A DNA stretch of 64,000 nucleotides, from positions 5,416 through 69,415 of the forward strand of contig JAJRWH010000043.1 of assembly GCA_024276935.1 (NCBI GenBank), given 5' to 3'. The notes below the pieces were generated by a model that had not been told where the DNA came from, did not search any database, and saw nothing but the letters and a program-made list of their open reading frames with translations. Numbering within the stretch: the first letter of the stretch is position 1; every line of letters begins with the position of its first letter. Positions 19,107 to 29,221 of this stretch are shown here, one piece after another. The DNA is from Deltaproteobacteria bacterium (lineage in GTDB: Bacteria; Desulfobacterota; Desulfuromonadia; Desulfuromonadales; Geopsychrobacteraceae). Both the position numbers and the translations under genes were made by a program.

Positions 19107-19843
19107 AACGGTGGTTTCCTCTTGCACTGATGGTTTTATTGTTACTCCCTGCCTTTGCTGCAGCCCAGGGGCTGCCAACCATAACCCTTGGGGTTCAGGA
19201 ATCGACAGAGCCAGGCCAGGTGTCAACGACTCTTCAGGTCATCGTTCTGCTGACCGTTTTGTCCATGGCCCCGGCCATTCTGTTGATGACCACCGGTTTC
19301 ACACGGATTGTTATCGTGCTGTCCTTTGTTCGGCAGGCCATGGGAACCCAGCAGGCACCCTCCAACCAGATTGTTGTAGGTCTGGCGATGTTTCTGACCT
19401 TTTTTGTTATGGCCCCGGTATTCAATCAGATCAATGATAATGCTCTGCAACCCTATCTGGCAAAAAAAATTAATCAGGAACAAGCGTTGAAAAAGGCGCT
19501 GGAGCCGGTCCGTGAATTCATGTTCGCCCAGGTGGGTGAAAAGGATCTACAGTTACTGGTCGACATCTCACATGCCAAACAGCCTGAAACCAAAAAAGAT
19601 CTGTCTCTGCTTACCCTGATCCCCGCATTTATGCTGTCAGAGATCAAACGTGCGTTCGAGATGGGTTTTTTGATTTTTGTTCCCTTTCTGGTGATCGATA
19701 TGGTGGTTGCATCCATCCTGATGGCGATGGGAATGATGATGCTGCCGCCCATTATTATTTCGCTGCCTTTCAAAATTCTGCTTTTTATTCTGGTTGATGG
19801 CTGGAGCCTGGTGATTGGATCACTGGTTCAGAGTTTTGGCTGA
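19103..19843 (+). CDS. fliP: Flagellar export apparatus protein FliP
   Basis: 246 aa. GTQQAPSNQIVVGLAMFLTFFVMAPV and FLIFVPFLVIDMVVASILMAMGMMMLPP. Confidence 0.96.
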   Translation: MKRWFPLALMVLLLLPAFAAAQGLPTITLGVQESTEPGQVSTTLQVIVLLTVLSMAPAILLMTTGFTRIVIVLSFVRQAMGTQQAPSNQIVVGLAMFLTFFVMAPVFNQINDNALQPYLAKKINQEQALKKALEPVREFMFAQVGEKDLQLLVDISHAKQPETKKDLSLLTLIPAFMLSEIKRAFEMGFLIFVPFLVIDMVVASILMAMGMMMLPPIIISLPFKILLFILVDGWSLVIGSLVQSFG

Positions 19844-19867
19844 CAGGCCGGTGGGAGGTAAGAACAG

Positions 19868-20140
19868 GTGTTAACCCCCGAACTTGTGATCGATGTTGGA
19901 CGACGTGCCGTTGAGACTGCATTGATGGTTGCTGCTCCCATGCTGGTTGCCGCTCTGGTCATCGGATTGGTGATCAGTATTTTTCAGGCAGCAACCCAGA
20001 TCAATGAACAGACCATGACCTTTATTCCCAAAATTGTTGGAGTCTTTGTCACCCTGCTCCTCTTTGCGCCCTGGATCCTTCAGAAACTGCTTTCTTTCTT
20101 TCACTTCATTTTTAATCTTGTCCCGACGATCGGTGGCTGA
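19868..20140 (+). CDS. fliQ: Flagellar export apparatus protein FliQ
   Basis: 90 aa, GTG start. MVAAPMLVAALVIGLVISIFQAATQINEQTMTFIPKI. Confidence 0.95.
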   Translation: MLTPELVIDVGRRAVETALMVAAPMLVAALVIGLVISIFQAATQINEQTMTFIPKIVGVFVTLLLFAPWILQKLLSFFHFIFNLVPTIGG

Positions 20141-20155
20141 TCCGGGGAATTGACC

Positions 20156-20932
20156 ATGGAAATACCTCAGTTCTCGCTGATTGTTCTGCAAGGATTTCTG
20201 ATCTGTCTGGTCCGGGTGGGTTCAATGATTGCGACCATTCCGATTTTCAGTGGTGGCCAGGTCCCGGCCCAGCTGCGGATTGCGATTGCCTTTATTTTTT
20301 CTCTGCTGATCTTTCCGGCCGTTCAGGAAAATTTGCCCCATGTGACCTATGAACCTGTCAGTCTGCTGCTGCTGGTTGGTGGCGAACTGTTGCTGGGTAC
20401 CATGGTCGGGTTTATGGCCCAGCTGGTTTTTATGGCCGCAGAGTTTGGCGGATCGATTATCGGTTATCAGATGGGTTTTGCCGCCGCCAATGTTTTTGAT
20501 CCAGCCAACCAGCGCCAGGTTGCGTTGATTTCTCAGTTTCAAAGTGTTTTTGCCATTCTGCTGTTTCTGGTTCTGAATGTTCATCATCTGTTTTTCGAGG
20601 CGATAGTTGCTTCTTTTCAGATGTTGCCCCCCGGAAAGCTCAATCTGGGTGGTGGGGCGATCATGATGATCATGGAGATAGCCAACCACTCGTTAATCCT
20701 TGGTCTTCGGTTGGGGGCTCCCATTCTGGCCCTGTTGATTCTTTCCAATCTGACCCTGGGAGTTATGTCACGGGTCTTTCCGCAGCTCAACGCCTTCTTG
20801 TTATCCTTCCCCCTCAACATCGGTATCTCATTTGTCCTGATCGGGCTGACCTTCGAAATGGTTGCCAGCCTGCTTCAGCAGGAGTTCTCCCTGCTGGCGG
20901 ACCGCTTCTTGCAATTATTCAGTTTGCTTTGA
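20156..20932 (+). CDS. fliR: Flagellar export apparatus protein FliR
   Basis: About 258-aa polytopic membrane protein between fliQ and flhB. ATG 20156 (the track ORF starts at TTG 20150). Confidence 0.9.
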   Translation: MEIPQFSLIVLQGFLICLVRVGSMIATIPIFSGGQVPAQLRIAIAFIFSLLIFPAVQENLPHVTYEPVSLLLLVGGELLLGTMVGFMAQLVFMAAEFGGSIIGYQMGFAAANVFDPANQRQVALISQFQSVFAILLFLVLNVHHLFFEAIVASFQMLPPGKLNLGGGAIMMIMEIANHSLILGLRLGAPILALLILSNLTLGVMSRVFPQLNAFLLSFPLNIGISFVLIGLTFEMVASLLQQEFSLLADRFLQLFSLL

Positions 20933-20997
20933 ATTTATTAACCTGAAAATGCCAATATTTTGTCTTGCCCCCTCCAGCGGCAGGACGGGCGGTGCTG

Positions 20998-22068
20998 ATG
21001 GCTCAAGATTCCGATCAGGAACGGACAGAACAGGCGACATCGAAACGGCGGCAGGATTTTCGCAATCGTGGTCAGGTGGCCCAGAGCAAAGAGGTTGCGA
21101 CGGCTGCATTGATGACCATGTCGTTGCTCTTGTGGGTCTTTTATGCGGGGCACTTTTGGCGCAATCTGATGCAGATGGTTGACGATGATCTGAGTCATCT
21201 TGCTCAGGTGCCGGTCACCTTTCTGGGAATTCTGATGCTGGCTGACAAAACCGGGCTGTTGATGGCCCGGTTACTCTGGCCGATCTTTCTTCTGACGTTG
21301 GTGGTTGGTTTTTTTGCCTCCTTTTTGCAGGTTGGCCCTCTCTTCACCACCAAGCCGTTCACACCCGAACTGAGTAAATTCAATCCCATCAAGGGCATCG
21401 GGCGAATGTTGTCCAAACGTTCGCTGGTTGAGCTGATCAAATCTCTCGCCAAGGTTGGCCTGGTGGGGGCGATCACCTTCAGCACCCTGGCCGACAATCT
21501 GCCTGCCGCGATTGGTTTGCTCAATGTTGAATTGTCACAAACCGTTATTTTTCTGGGCAATACGGCCTTTCTGATTCTGGCCAAAGCCTGTGCCATCCTG
21601 CTGGTTCTGGGAGCAATTGATTATCTGTTCACCCGCTGGGAGATGGAACAGAAGATGAAAATGACCAAACAGGAGGTCAAGGAAGAATACAAGGAAACAG
21701 AAGGTGATCCGCAGATCAAGGCCCGGGTGCGGTCTATGCAGCAACAGATGGCACGTAAACGGATGATGGCTGACGTTCCCCAGGCCGATGTGATTATTAC
21801 CAATCCGACCCATTTATCGATTGCCGTGTCCTATGTGCGTGACGAAATGGATGCGCCCCGGATCATCGCCAAGGGAGCTGATCACATGGCATTTAAAATT
21901 CGTGAAATTGCCCGTGAAAATCAGATTCCGGTGATCGAAAACAAGCCGGTGGCACGGGCCTTGTACAGACTGGATGTCGGGGAGTCGATTCCCGAAGAAA
22001 TGTTCAAGGCCGTGGCCGAGATTCTGGCCTATGTTTACGGTCTTAAAAAAGGTAACAACTTGAAATAA
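20998..22068 (+). CDS. flhB: Flagellar export switch protein FlhB
   Basis: Start MAQDSDQERTEQATSKRRQDFRNRGQVAQSKE (ATG 20998). Autocleavage motif NPTH in VIITNPTHLSIAV. Confidence 0.95.
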   Translation: MAQDSDQERTEQATSKRRQDFRNRGQVAQSKEVATAALMTMSLLLWVFYAGHFWRNLMQMVDDDLSHLAQVPVTFLGILMLADKTGLLMARLLWPIFLLTLVVGFFASFLQVGPLFTTKPFTPELSKFNPIKGIGRMLSKRSLVELIKSLAKVGLVGAITFSTLADNLPAAIGLLNVELSQTVIFLGNTAFLILAKACAILLVLGAIDYLFTRWEMEQKMKMTKQEVKEEYKETEGDPQIKARVRSMQQQMARKRMMADVPQADVIITNPTHLSIAVSYVRDEMDAPRIIAKGADHMAFKIREIARENQIPVIENKPVARALYRLDVGESIPEEMFKAVAEILAYVYGLKKGNNLK

Positions 22069-22168
22069 CAGTTAAAAAAGCTTGGCAGAGGGTTTTGAAA
22101 CAGTTCGCCGGAATATTGACGGACCGCGACGGAATCTTGGCCCGCAACAGAAATTCGCAAGGAACACA

Positions 22169-24250
22169 ATGCTCGAAGCTGCTATTCAAAATCGTTGGCG
22201 CGAACTTATTTTACGCTCAGATGTGATGGTTGCGTTTGGTCTGGTCCTGATTCTGATGTTGATGATTCTGCCAGTCCCTCCCATGTTGCTCGACCTCTTC
22301 CTTTCGCTCAACATCACCATGGCGTTGATGATTCTGATTATCTCGCTCTATACCGTCAAGGCGCTCGACTTTACGATTTTTCCTTCGGTGCTGCTGGTGA
22401 CGACTCTGTTTCGTCTTTCACTCAACGTGGCCTCCACCCGGTTGATCCTGCTTCATGGCGACGAAGGGGTGGGTGCCGCCGGAACCGTTATCGAATCATT
22501 CGGCCAGTTTGTTGTCGGCGGTAACTATGTGGTTGGCATCGTTATTTTCATCATTCTGGTCATTATCAACTTCATGGTTATTACCAAAGGTGCCGGTCGC
22601 GTTGCCGAAGTTGCCGCCCGTTTTACCCTGGATGCCATGCCCGGTAAACAGATGGCGATCGATGCCGACCTGAATGCCGGACTGATCAATGAAAATGATG
22701 CCCGTACCCGCCGGGAAGAGATTGCCCAGGAAGCTGATCTCTACGGTGCGATGGATGGTGCCAGCAAGTTTGTTAAAGGTGACGCCATTGCCGGAATCAT
22801 TATTACCCTGATCAATATCGGGGCCGGTTTTGTAATCGGGGTCCTGCAAAAAGGGATGCCCATGTCGGATGCGGCCGCCAACTACACCATCTTGACTGTA
22901 GGGGATGGGCTGGTCGGCCAGATCCCGGCGCTGATTATTTCGACCGGGGCAGGCATCATGGTGACCCGGACCGCCAGTGGTGAAGATTTTGGTTCCGAGG
23001 TCAAGCGTCAGTTCAGTATTCATCCCCGGGCGATCTGGGTGGTATCCGGCATTCTCGGTGCTTTTGCACTGATTCCAGGTTTGCCACAGATCCCCTTTGT
23101 TCTGATGGCTATGACTCTGGGGGGAATCGCCTGGCGGGTGCAGAAAAATCATACTGAAAAGGCCCTTGAAATTGAGGAGCAAAAGGCGCTTCCGGCAGCT
23201 CCGGTCGAAGAGAACTACGAATCGATGCTGACGGTCGACATGCTGGAGATGGAGGTTGGCTACGGGTTGATTCCTCTGGTTGACGCGGGCCAGAGCGGAG
23301 AACTGTTGCCGCGCATCAAATCAATTCGCAAACAGTTTGCCCTGGATATGGGCTTTATTGTGCCTCCGGTTCATATCAAGGATAACCTGCAACTCAAGCC
23401 CAACGAGTACGCCATTATTCTGAAAGGGGTCAAGATCGGTGGTGGTGAGTTGCTGCCCGATCATTACCTGGCGATGAATCCGGGTACGGCAACAGAAACT
23501 CTCAAGGGAATTGAGACGACCGAACCCGCCTTTGGCCTGCCCGCCGTCTGGATCAGCGACGATAAAAAAGAACGGGCCCAGATTGCCGGGTATACCGTGG
23601 TGGATAATACGACGGTGATCGCAACCCATGTGAGCGAACTGATTCGTCGTCATGCCCACGAATTGCTGGGGCGTCAGGAAACCCAGAATCTGCTCGACAA
23701 CCTGGCTCAGGAATGTCCGAAGCTGGTCGAGGAGCTGGTTCCCAACCTGCTCAGTCTTGGGGTGGTGATGCGGGTGTTGCAGAATCTGCTGCGTGAGCAG
23801 GTTTCGATTCGGGATTTGCGCACCATTCTTGAAACCCTGGCCGATTGGGCTCCCACCGTTAATGATGCCGACCAGCTGGTTGAACAGGTGCGTCAGGTCA
23901 TGGCTCGTTCGATCAGCAGCCAGCTGAGCAGCGACGGTCAGCTGCTCGAAACCATGACGTTGGAGCGCAGCGTTGAAAATCGCCTGCAAGAAGCATTGCA
24001 TGTCGGTGATCAGGGCGCTTATCTGGCTGTCGAACCCGGTTTTGCCCAAGCCCTGATAACCAGCCTCAAAGAAGCGGTCGATTCATTTCCGGGGGGCAAT
24101 CCGGTTTTACTTTGTACTCCGGCAATTCGTCTTCATCTCAGACGTCTGACGGAGCGTTATCTTCCTTCTCTGGCCATTATTTCCCATAACGAGATTGCAC
24201 CCCACCTGAAGGTGCGATCGGTAGGAACGGTGACTGTCAATGCTAGTTAG
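22169..24250 (+). CDS. flhA: Flagellar export gate protein FlhA
   Basis: FTLDAMPGKQMAIDADLNAGLI and FVKGDAIAGIIITLINI. Start chosen at ATG 22169 (MLEAAIQNRWRE..); the track ORF begins at 22082. Confidence 0.96.
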   Translation: MLEAAIQNRWRELILRSDVMVAFGLVLILMLMILPVPPMLLDLFLSLNITMALMILIISLYTVKALDFTIFPSVLLVTTLFRLSLNVASTRLILLHGDEGVGAAGTVIESFGQFVVGGNYVVGIVIFIILVIINFMVITKGAGRVAEVAARFTLDAMPGKQMAIDADLNAGLINENDARTRREEIAQEADLYGAMDGASKFVKGDAIAGIIITLINIGAGFVIGVLQKGMPMSDAAANYTILTVGDGLVGQIPALIISTGAGIMVTRTASGEDFGSEVKRQFSIHPRAIWVVSGILGAFALIPGLPQIPFVLMAMTLGGIAWRVQKNHTEKALEIEEQKALPAAPVEENYESMLTVDMLEMEVGYGLIPLVDAGQSGELLPRIKSIRKQFALDMGFIVPPVHIKDNLQLKPNEYAIILKGVKIGGGELLPDHYLAMNPGTATETLKGIETTEPAFGLPAVWISDDKKERAQIAGYTVVDNTTVIATHVSELIRRHAHELLGRQETQNLLDNLAQECPKLVEELVPNLLSLGVVMRVLQNLLREQVSIRDLRTILETLADWAPTVNDADQLVEQVRQVMARSISSQLSSDGQLLETMTLERSVENRLQEALHVGDQGAYLAVEPGFAQALITSLKEAVDSFPGGNPVLLCTPAIRLHLRRLTERYLPSLAIISHNEIAPHLKVRSVGTVTVNAS

Positions 24251-25523
24251 AACCTTTACCGCCGAAGATATGCCGACGGCCCTGCAAAAGGTCAAACAGA
24301 CCCTGGGCCCGGATGCTCTTATTCTGTCGACCCGGACTCAGCGCAAAAAAGGGCTGGGGCTGCTGGCCAAGCCGATGATTGAAGTGACTGCGGCCATTGA
24401 ATCTCCGGCCATGGTCAATCCGGATAAAACCAATGAAGAGAAAAAAACGGTTTCACGCAAGATGGCCGTTGCTGCCTATCAGGCGGCAAAAAGCCAACCC
24501 GCAGAGCGGAAACAGAGCGGTTCTCAGCCGGTGATTGATCCGCTTGAGGTTGAATTGAGTCAATTGCGTCAGGTGGTTGCCGAACAGAATATCGGTGGGC
24601 TGGAGCAAGGGCTCGAAGAATTGAAAGCCATGGTTCAGGAACTGGCTGAAACACGCAGCCAGGCGCCCCAGATATTACCCGCCGCGCAAAGAACTGTAGT
24701 CGAAAAGGTGGTTGACTCTCCCTCATCTCCGGTTGCCGAGAGACTCTGTCAGTGCGGAGTTGATGCTGAAGCAGCAGAGACCATTGCCCGTTTTGCCGCC
24801 AGCCGAATGAGTGCCGAACAGCGTACTGATCCCCAACGGCAATCCCGGTTTTTGCGTGACACAATCGCCGATCTGGTTCAGGTCAGTGCGCCGGTGTGGG
24901 GTGCCGAACAACAGGGGCAGCGGCGGGTTGCCCTGATCGGCCCGACCGGGGTTGGCAAGACCACGACGATTGCCAAGTTGGCAGCGGCAGCAATCGCCGC
25001 AGGGTCGCGGGTGGCCCTGGTGACGATTGACACCTTTCGGATTGCCGCAGTTGAGCAACTCAAAGTATATGGCGAAATCATGAATCTGCCGGTCGATGTG
25101 ATTTTTCGCCCCGATCAGTTATCTCCGGTTCTCGAACAGCACCGCGACAAGGATTTGATTCTGATTGATACTGCCGGTCGCAGCCCGCGTGATCGGAGCC
25201 GGATTGAAGAGCTGGGAGAGTTTCTTGGTGGAGATCTGGGGATAGAAAACTGGCTGGTTCTCTCAGCTCACAGCCAGGAAAAACAACTCCGACAAGTGGT
25301 CGAAAATTTCTCGCAGGTGCCGATTTCAAGTCTCGTTTTTACCAAACTTGACGAATGCGAAAGTTGGGGCATTTTGCTCAACCTGCCAACCCGGACCGCT
25401 TTACCTCTGGCCTGTCTGACCAATGGTCAGCAGGTTCCCGAAGATTTGCTCCTGGCAGAGCCCCACCTGGTCGCCGACTGGGTTATGGGCAGCGAACCGC
25501 AAGCACAGAAGGATGTCGTATGA
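24240..25523 (+). CDS. flhF: Flagellar placement SRP-type GTPase FlhF
   Basis: N-terminus MLVRTFTAEDMPTALQKVKQTLGPDALILSTR. G1 motif IGPTGVGKTTTIAKLA, DTAGR and TKLDE. Confidence 0.93.
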   Translation: MLVRTFTAEDMPTALQKVKQTLGPDALILSTRTQRKKGLGLLAKPMIEVTAAIESPAMVNPDKTNEEKKTVSRKMAVAAYQAAKSQPAERKQSGSQPVIDPLEVELSQLRQVVAEQNIGGLEQGLEELKAMVQELAETRSQAPQILPAAQRTVVEKVVDSPSSPVAERLCQCGVDAEAAETIARFAASRMSAEQRTDPQRQSRFLRDTIADLVQVSAPVWGAEQQGQRRVALIGPTGVGKTTTIAKLAAAAIAAGSRVALVTIDTFRIAAVEQLKVYGEIMNLPVDVIFRPDQLSPVLEQHRDKDLILIDTAGRSPRDRSRIEELGEFLGGDLGIENWLVLSAHSQEKQLRQVVENFSQVPISSLVFTKLDECESWGILLNLPTRTALPLACLTNGQQVPEDLLLAEPHLVADWVMGSEPQAQKDVV

Positions 25524-26407
25524 ACCCAGCAATAGATCAGGCTGAAACCTTGCGCCAACAGCAAAATGAAGATTCACTTCCGACCAGTGAGGGCCGGATG
25601 ACACGCGTTGTCGCGGTGACCAGTGGTAAAGGCGGGGTTGGCAAGACAGCGGTTGTTGCCAATGTGGCTATCGCTCTGGCCAGGCAGGGGAAAAAGGTCC
25701 TGGTGATTGATGCGGACCTGGGTCTTGCCAATATCGATGTCATTCTCGGGCTGGCTCCGGGCTACAATCTGAACCATTTTTTCAAGGGAGAACGCAGCCT
25801 CGAAGAGATTATGGTGGAAGGTCCCCACGGGCTTAAAATATTACCCGCCGGATCAGGGGTTCAACAGTACACCCGTCTTGATGCCCAACTCAAAATGCGC
25901 TTTATCGAAGCGATCGACAATCTACAGGAAGATTTTGATCTGGTGATGATCGATACCGAAGCAGGCATTTCAGATAATGTCACCTATTTCAATGTCGCCG
26001 CACAGGATATTCTGGTTGTAACAACCCCCGAGCCAACAGCTATAACCGATGCCTATGCCCTGATGAAACTGCTTTCGAGCCAGTATCATCAGAAGGATTT
26101 TCTCCTGTGTGTCAATTCAGTTCGCAACAACAACGAAGGGCTTGACGTTTTCGAAAAACTGACCATGGTTTCGGGGCGCTATCTTGATATCAGCATCGAT
26201 TATCTGGGTGCGGTTCCCTTTGATCGTAAAATGCATGAAGCCGTTCGGGCGCAGCAGATTATCCAGGATCTCTACCCCGATCATAAGGTTTCCAGGGCCT
26301 TTGTCGCTTTGGCAGACAGTCTGATTGAAACCCCGATCCATGATCGCCCCAAGGGGACCCTGCAATTTTTCTTCAAACGTTTTCTCGGTGTTGAAGCGGA
26401 GCAATAG
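25520..26407 (+). CDS. flhG: MinD/ParA-type flagellar number regulator FlhG (FleN/YlxH)
   Basis: Deviant Walker A VTSGKGGVGKT. ATG 25520 overlaps the flhF stop (ATGA). The track ORF extension to 25355 lies inside flhF. Confidence 0.9.
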   Translation: MNPAIDQAETLRQQQNEDSLPTSEGRMTRVVAVTSGKGGVGKTAVVANVAIALARQGKKVLVIDADLGLANIDVILGLAPGYNLNHFFKGERSLEEIMVEGPHGLKILPAGSGVQQYTRLDAQLKMRFIEAIDNLQEDFDLVMIDTEAGISDNVTYFNVAAQDILVVTTPEPTAITDAYALMKLLSSQYHQKDFLLCVNSVRNNNEGLDVFEKLTMVSGRYLDISIDYLGAVPFDRKMHEAVRAQQIIQDLYPDHKVSRAFVALADSLIETPIHDRPKGTLQFFFKRFLGVEAEQ

Positions 26408-26409
26408 GG

Positions 26410-27162
26410 ATGACAACGGTTGATCGTTACGGACCGCCCGGTGCCGCAGAACGTGAGCGGATGGTCGAGGCGAATATGCCGCTGGTCAATTTTCTGGTTG
26501 AGCGGATGAAAACGCAGGTTCCTGCGTTTGTCAGCCGTGATGACCTGCGCAGTGCGGCCATGGTTGGCCTGATTGACGCGGCCAGCCGTTTTGACCCCAA
26601 ACGTGGTGTGCTGTTCAAGACCTTTGCCGAACGCAGAATCCGTGGGGCCATCTATGACGAGGTGCGCCGCATGGACTGGTTTTCGCGCTCAATGCGGGAA
26701 AAACAGTCGCGGATGTCAAAGGCGATTGACCGGCTCGAAAAAAAACTGCACCGCCAACCGGAAGAACATGAGATTGCCACGGAACTCGAAATTTCTTTGG
26801 AGGACTATCACGAAATGTTGATGCAGGTCAGCCATCTGGGGTGTGTCAGTCTGCATGAAACCCTTGATGACAGCGAAGGTGGCAGGACCTTTCTTGACAA
26901 CCTCGAAGACACAGAACAGGAGTCGGTCCAGGAACGGCTTGAAGCTCTGGAGTTGACCCAGGAGCTAGCGGGGTATCTCGGGGCTCTTTCTGAAAAAGAA
27001 CAACTGGTGTTGTCGCTCTATTACTACGAGGAGTTGTCCCAGAAAGAAATTGCCGAAGTGCTTGAGCTTTCCGAGGGGAGAATTTCCCAGCTGCACAGTC
27101 AGGCGCTGTTGAAAATGAAGGTCAAGATGTCGCGCAGTTTGCGTGAACGGGCCAGGCGGTAA
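26410..27162 (+). CDS. fliA: Flagellar sigma factor FliA (sigma28)
   Basis: 250 aa. Region 2 DLRSAAMVGLIDAASRFDP..FKTFAERRIRGAIYDEVR. Region 4 LSEKEQLVLSLYYYEELSQKEIAEVLELSEGRISQLHSQALLKMK. Confidence 0.93.
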   Translation: MTTVDRYGPPGAAERERMVEANMPLVNFLVERMKTQVPAFVSRDDLRSAAMVGLIDAASRFDPKRGVLFKTFAERRIRGAIYDEVRRMDWFSRSMREKQSRMSKAIDRLEKKLHRQPEEHEIATELEISLEDYHEMLMQVSHLGCVSLHETLDDSEGGRTFLDNLEDTEQESVQERLEALELTQELAGYLGALSEKEQLVLSLYYYEELSQKEIAEVLELSEGRISQLHSQALLKMKVKMSRSLRERARR

Positions 27163-27185
27163 GGGGAGAAAGGGCAGAAGCAGTC

Positions 27186-27560
27186 ATGAGTGAACAGACA
27201 CTGGTTATTATTTTTGCGGGAACCGCGGTGATGTCGATGCTGCTGGCTCTGATTCTTCAGCGTCGTTCCTGCCGCCGTTTGAAGCAGTTGCTGGCGCAGT
27301 ATGAAGAGCAACCGCAACCGGCGAAGGTCAACGAAAGTTTTTCGCAGAACCTGGCACGGGCCGAAAGCCAGAACCCGTTACCCACATCGCCCCCGGTACC
27401 AGGTCCCCACCAGATTGCCGAAGCACCAGATCGTTATCGTTATATCAGTGCCATGGCGCGTCAGGGGATGCAGGCCGCACAAATTGCCGCAGCGTTGCAG
27501 ATCAGTGAGATTGAGGCCGCGCAGATTGTTCGTTTGACCCGTCTTGAACAGGCCGGTTGA
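27186..27560 (+). CDS. Small membrane-anchored protein with C-terminal HTH-like tail (DUF2802-like)
   Basis: 124 aa. N-terminal TM (LVIIFAGTAVMSMLLALIL). C-terminal YRYISAMARQGMQAAQIAAALQISEIEAAQIVRL. Family assignment is from memory only. Confidence 0.45.
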   Translation: MSEQTLVIIFAGTAVMSMLLALILQRRSCRRLKQLLAQYEEQPQPAKVNESFSQNLARAESQNPLPTSPPVPGPHQIAEAPDRYRYISAMARQGMQAAQIAAALQISEIEAAQIVRLTRLEQAG

Positions 27561-27653
27561 GGCCGCGATCAGTGAGGAAAAAACAGATTGAGGGTAAACA
27601 AAAATTGCCGGATGGTCGAAGAGTTGGATAACTGACAATAACGGAGCAAAACG

Positions 27654-28379
27654 ATGGGATCAGGGAAATATGGTGCCCTAACCGGGACAATTTCGAGGAT
27701 GAAAATGCTCGAAAATATCAACACCAACCTCGCCAATGTCAATACCTCTGGCTACAAGAAGGGGATCGCAGTTTTTGAGGCTCAACTTGATGAGGCCAAA
27801 GCTACCCGTGACAAACTGCCAACCAACTACGCTCTGGTCAGTCGTGAGGTGATCGATTTCACCCCGGGGCAGATCAACAAGACCGGCAATCCTCTCCACC
27901 TGGCAATCAATGGCAAGGGTTTTTTTCGGGTTCAACAGCAAGATGGCGAAATCGTCTATGCCCGTCGCGGCAGTTTTCAGCGTAGTGCCAAAGGGGAAAT
28001 GCTGACTCCGAGTGGCGGCAAACTGCTGGGCAGTGGTGACACCCCGGTTGTTCTTCCCCCAGGCAGTTTTGATGTCACCCGCGATGGCAGCATTCTTTCT
28101 GACCATCAACTGATTGGTGCAATTCCTCTTTATGTCTTTGAGGACACTTCAGGCTTTAAGCGTGGTAATGACGGAGTTTTTGTCGCTCCCCAGGACGCCC
28201 AGGCAACTCAAAGCCAAAAACCGGAAATCCTTCAGGGATATCTGGAGAGTTCAAACGTTAATGTCATGCATGAGATGGGCAGAATGGTGTCGACTCTGCG
28301 GACGTTTGAAGCCGCACAAAAAGCACTGACTGCCTACGATGAGATGGATCGCAAACTGGCAGAATTGGGCGCACTTTAG
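27654..28379 (+). CDS. flgF: Flagellar proximal rod protein FlgF
   Basis: 241 aa. LENINTNLANVNTSGYKK and C-terminal GYLESSNVNVMHEMGRMVSTLRTFEAAQK. Confidence 0.9.
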   Translation: MGSGKYGALTGTISRMKMLENINTNLANVNTSGYKKGIAVFEAQLDEAKATRDKLPTNYALVSREVIDFTPGQINKTGNPLHLAINGKGFFRVQQQDGEIVYARRGSFQRSAKGEMLTPSGGKLLGSGDTPVVLPPGSFDVTRDGSILSDHQLIGAIPLYVFEDTSGFKRGNDGVFVAPQDAQATQSQKPEILQGYLESSNVNVMHEMGRMVSTLRTFEAAQKALTAYDEMDRKLAELGAL

Positions 28380-28423
28380 TCGTCGGTGAATGCCTGTACG
28401 ACCAAATAACAAGGAGAAACTAA

Positions 28424-29209
28424 ATGATCAGGGCACTCTGGACAGCATCAACCGGCATGGAAGCCCAGCAATTGAACATGGATGTTATTGCCAACAATCT
28501 GGCCAACGTCAACAGTACCGGATTCAAGAAAAGTCGGGCTGATTTTCAGGACATCCTTTATCAGACCGAAAAAATGACCGGCGCCACCTCGGGGGGGACC
28601 GAAGTCCCAACAGGGATTCAAGTTGGACTCGGTGCTCGGGTGGCTGCGGTACAAAAGGTTTTTACGGTCGGTGATTTTCGCCAGACTGGTAACGAGCTTG
28701 ATGTTGCCATCGAGGGAATCGGTTTTTTTGGTGTGACCCTGCCCGATGGCAGTGAGGGTTATACCAGAGCCGGTGCATTTAAAAAGGACAGTACCGGCAG
28801 GCTGGTCAGCTCAGATGGTTATCCTTTGTTTCCCGAAGTTGTGATTCCCGACAATATCACCAAAATATCGATCAGCCAGAACGGGACAGTTGAGGTGTTG
28901 CAGGATGGCAGCAGTTCTCCGACTGAAGTTGGCACCATTAACCTGGTTCGTTTTGCCAACCCCGCCGGGCTCAATTCAATGGGGCGCAATATCTTTGCCG
29001 AAACCAGCACCAGCGGGACTCCGGTCACCGGGACCCCGGGGTCTGAGGGGTATGGCACCCTGTCGCAGGGATATCTCGAAGGCTCAAACGTCAATATCAT
29101 GGAAGAAATGGTCAACATGATTGCCGGGCAACGGGCCTACGAAGTCAATTCAAAAGCGATCAAGACCGCGGATGAGATGTTGCAGATGACCAACCAGCTG
29201 GTGCGCTGA
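28424..29209 (+). CDS. flgG: Flagellar distal rod protein FlgG
   Basis: 261 aa. [36 protein letters not shown] and C-terminal [38 protein letters not shown]. Confidence 0.96.
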   Translation: MIRALWTASTGMEAQQLNMDVIANNLANVNSTGFKKSRADFQDILYQTEKMTGATSGGTEVPTGIQVGLGARVAAVQKVFTVGDFRQTGNELDVAIEGIGFFGVTLPDGSEGYTRAGAFKKDSTGRLVSSDGYPLFPEVVIPDNITKISISQNGTVEVLQDGSSSPTEVGTINLVRFANPAGLNSMGRNIFAETSTSGTPVTGTPGSEGYGTLSQGYLEGSNVNIMEEMVNMIAGQRAYEVNSKAIKTADEMLQMTNQLVR

Positions 29210-29221
29210 GGATTTAATCTG

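Noticed and set aside
22496-24049. Long antisense ORFs inside flhA (22496..23182 and 23321..24049, minus strand)
   Set aside because: They lie opposite an unmistakable FlhA coding frame. The translations are low-complexity (Gly/Asn/Asp/His/Gln-rich) with no motifs, as is typical of antisense frames.
27613-27627. TGGTCGAAGAGTTGG upstream of flgF as a sigma54 promoter
   Set aside because: Both elements deviate (TGGTC and TTGG). flgF may simply be co-transcribed with fliA and the DUF2802-like gene.
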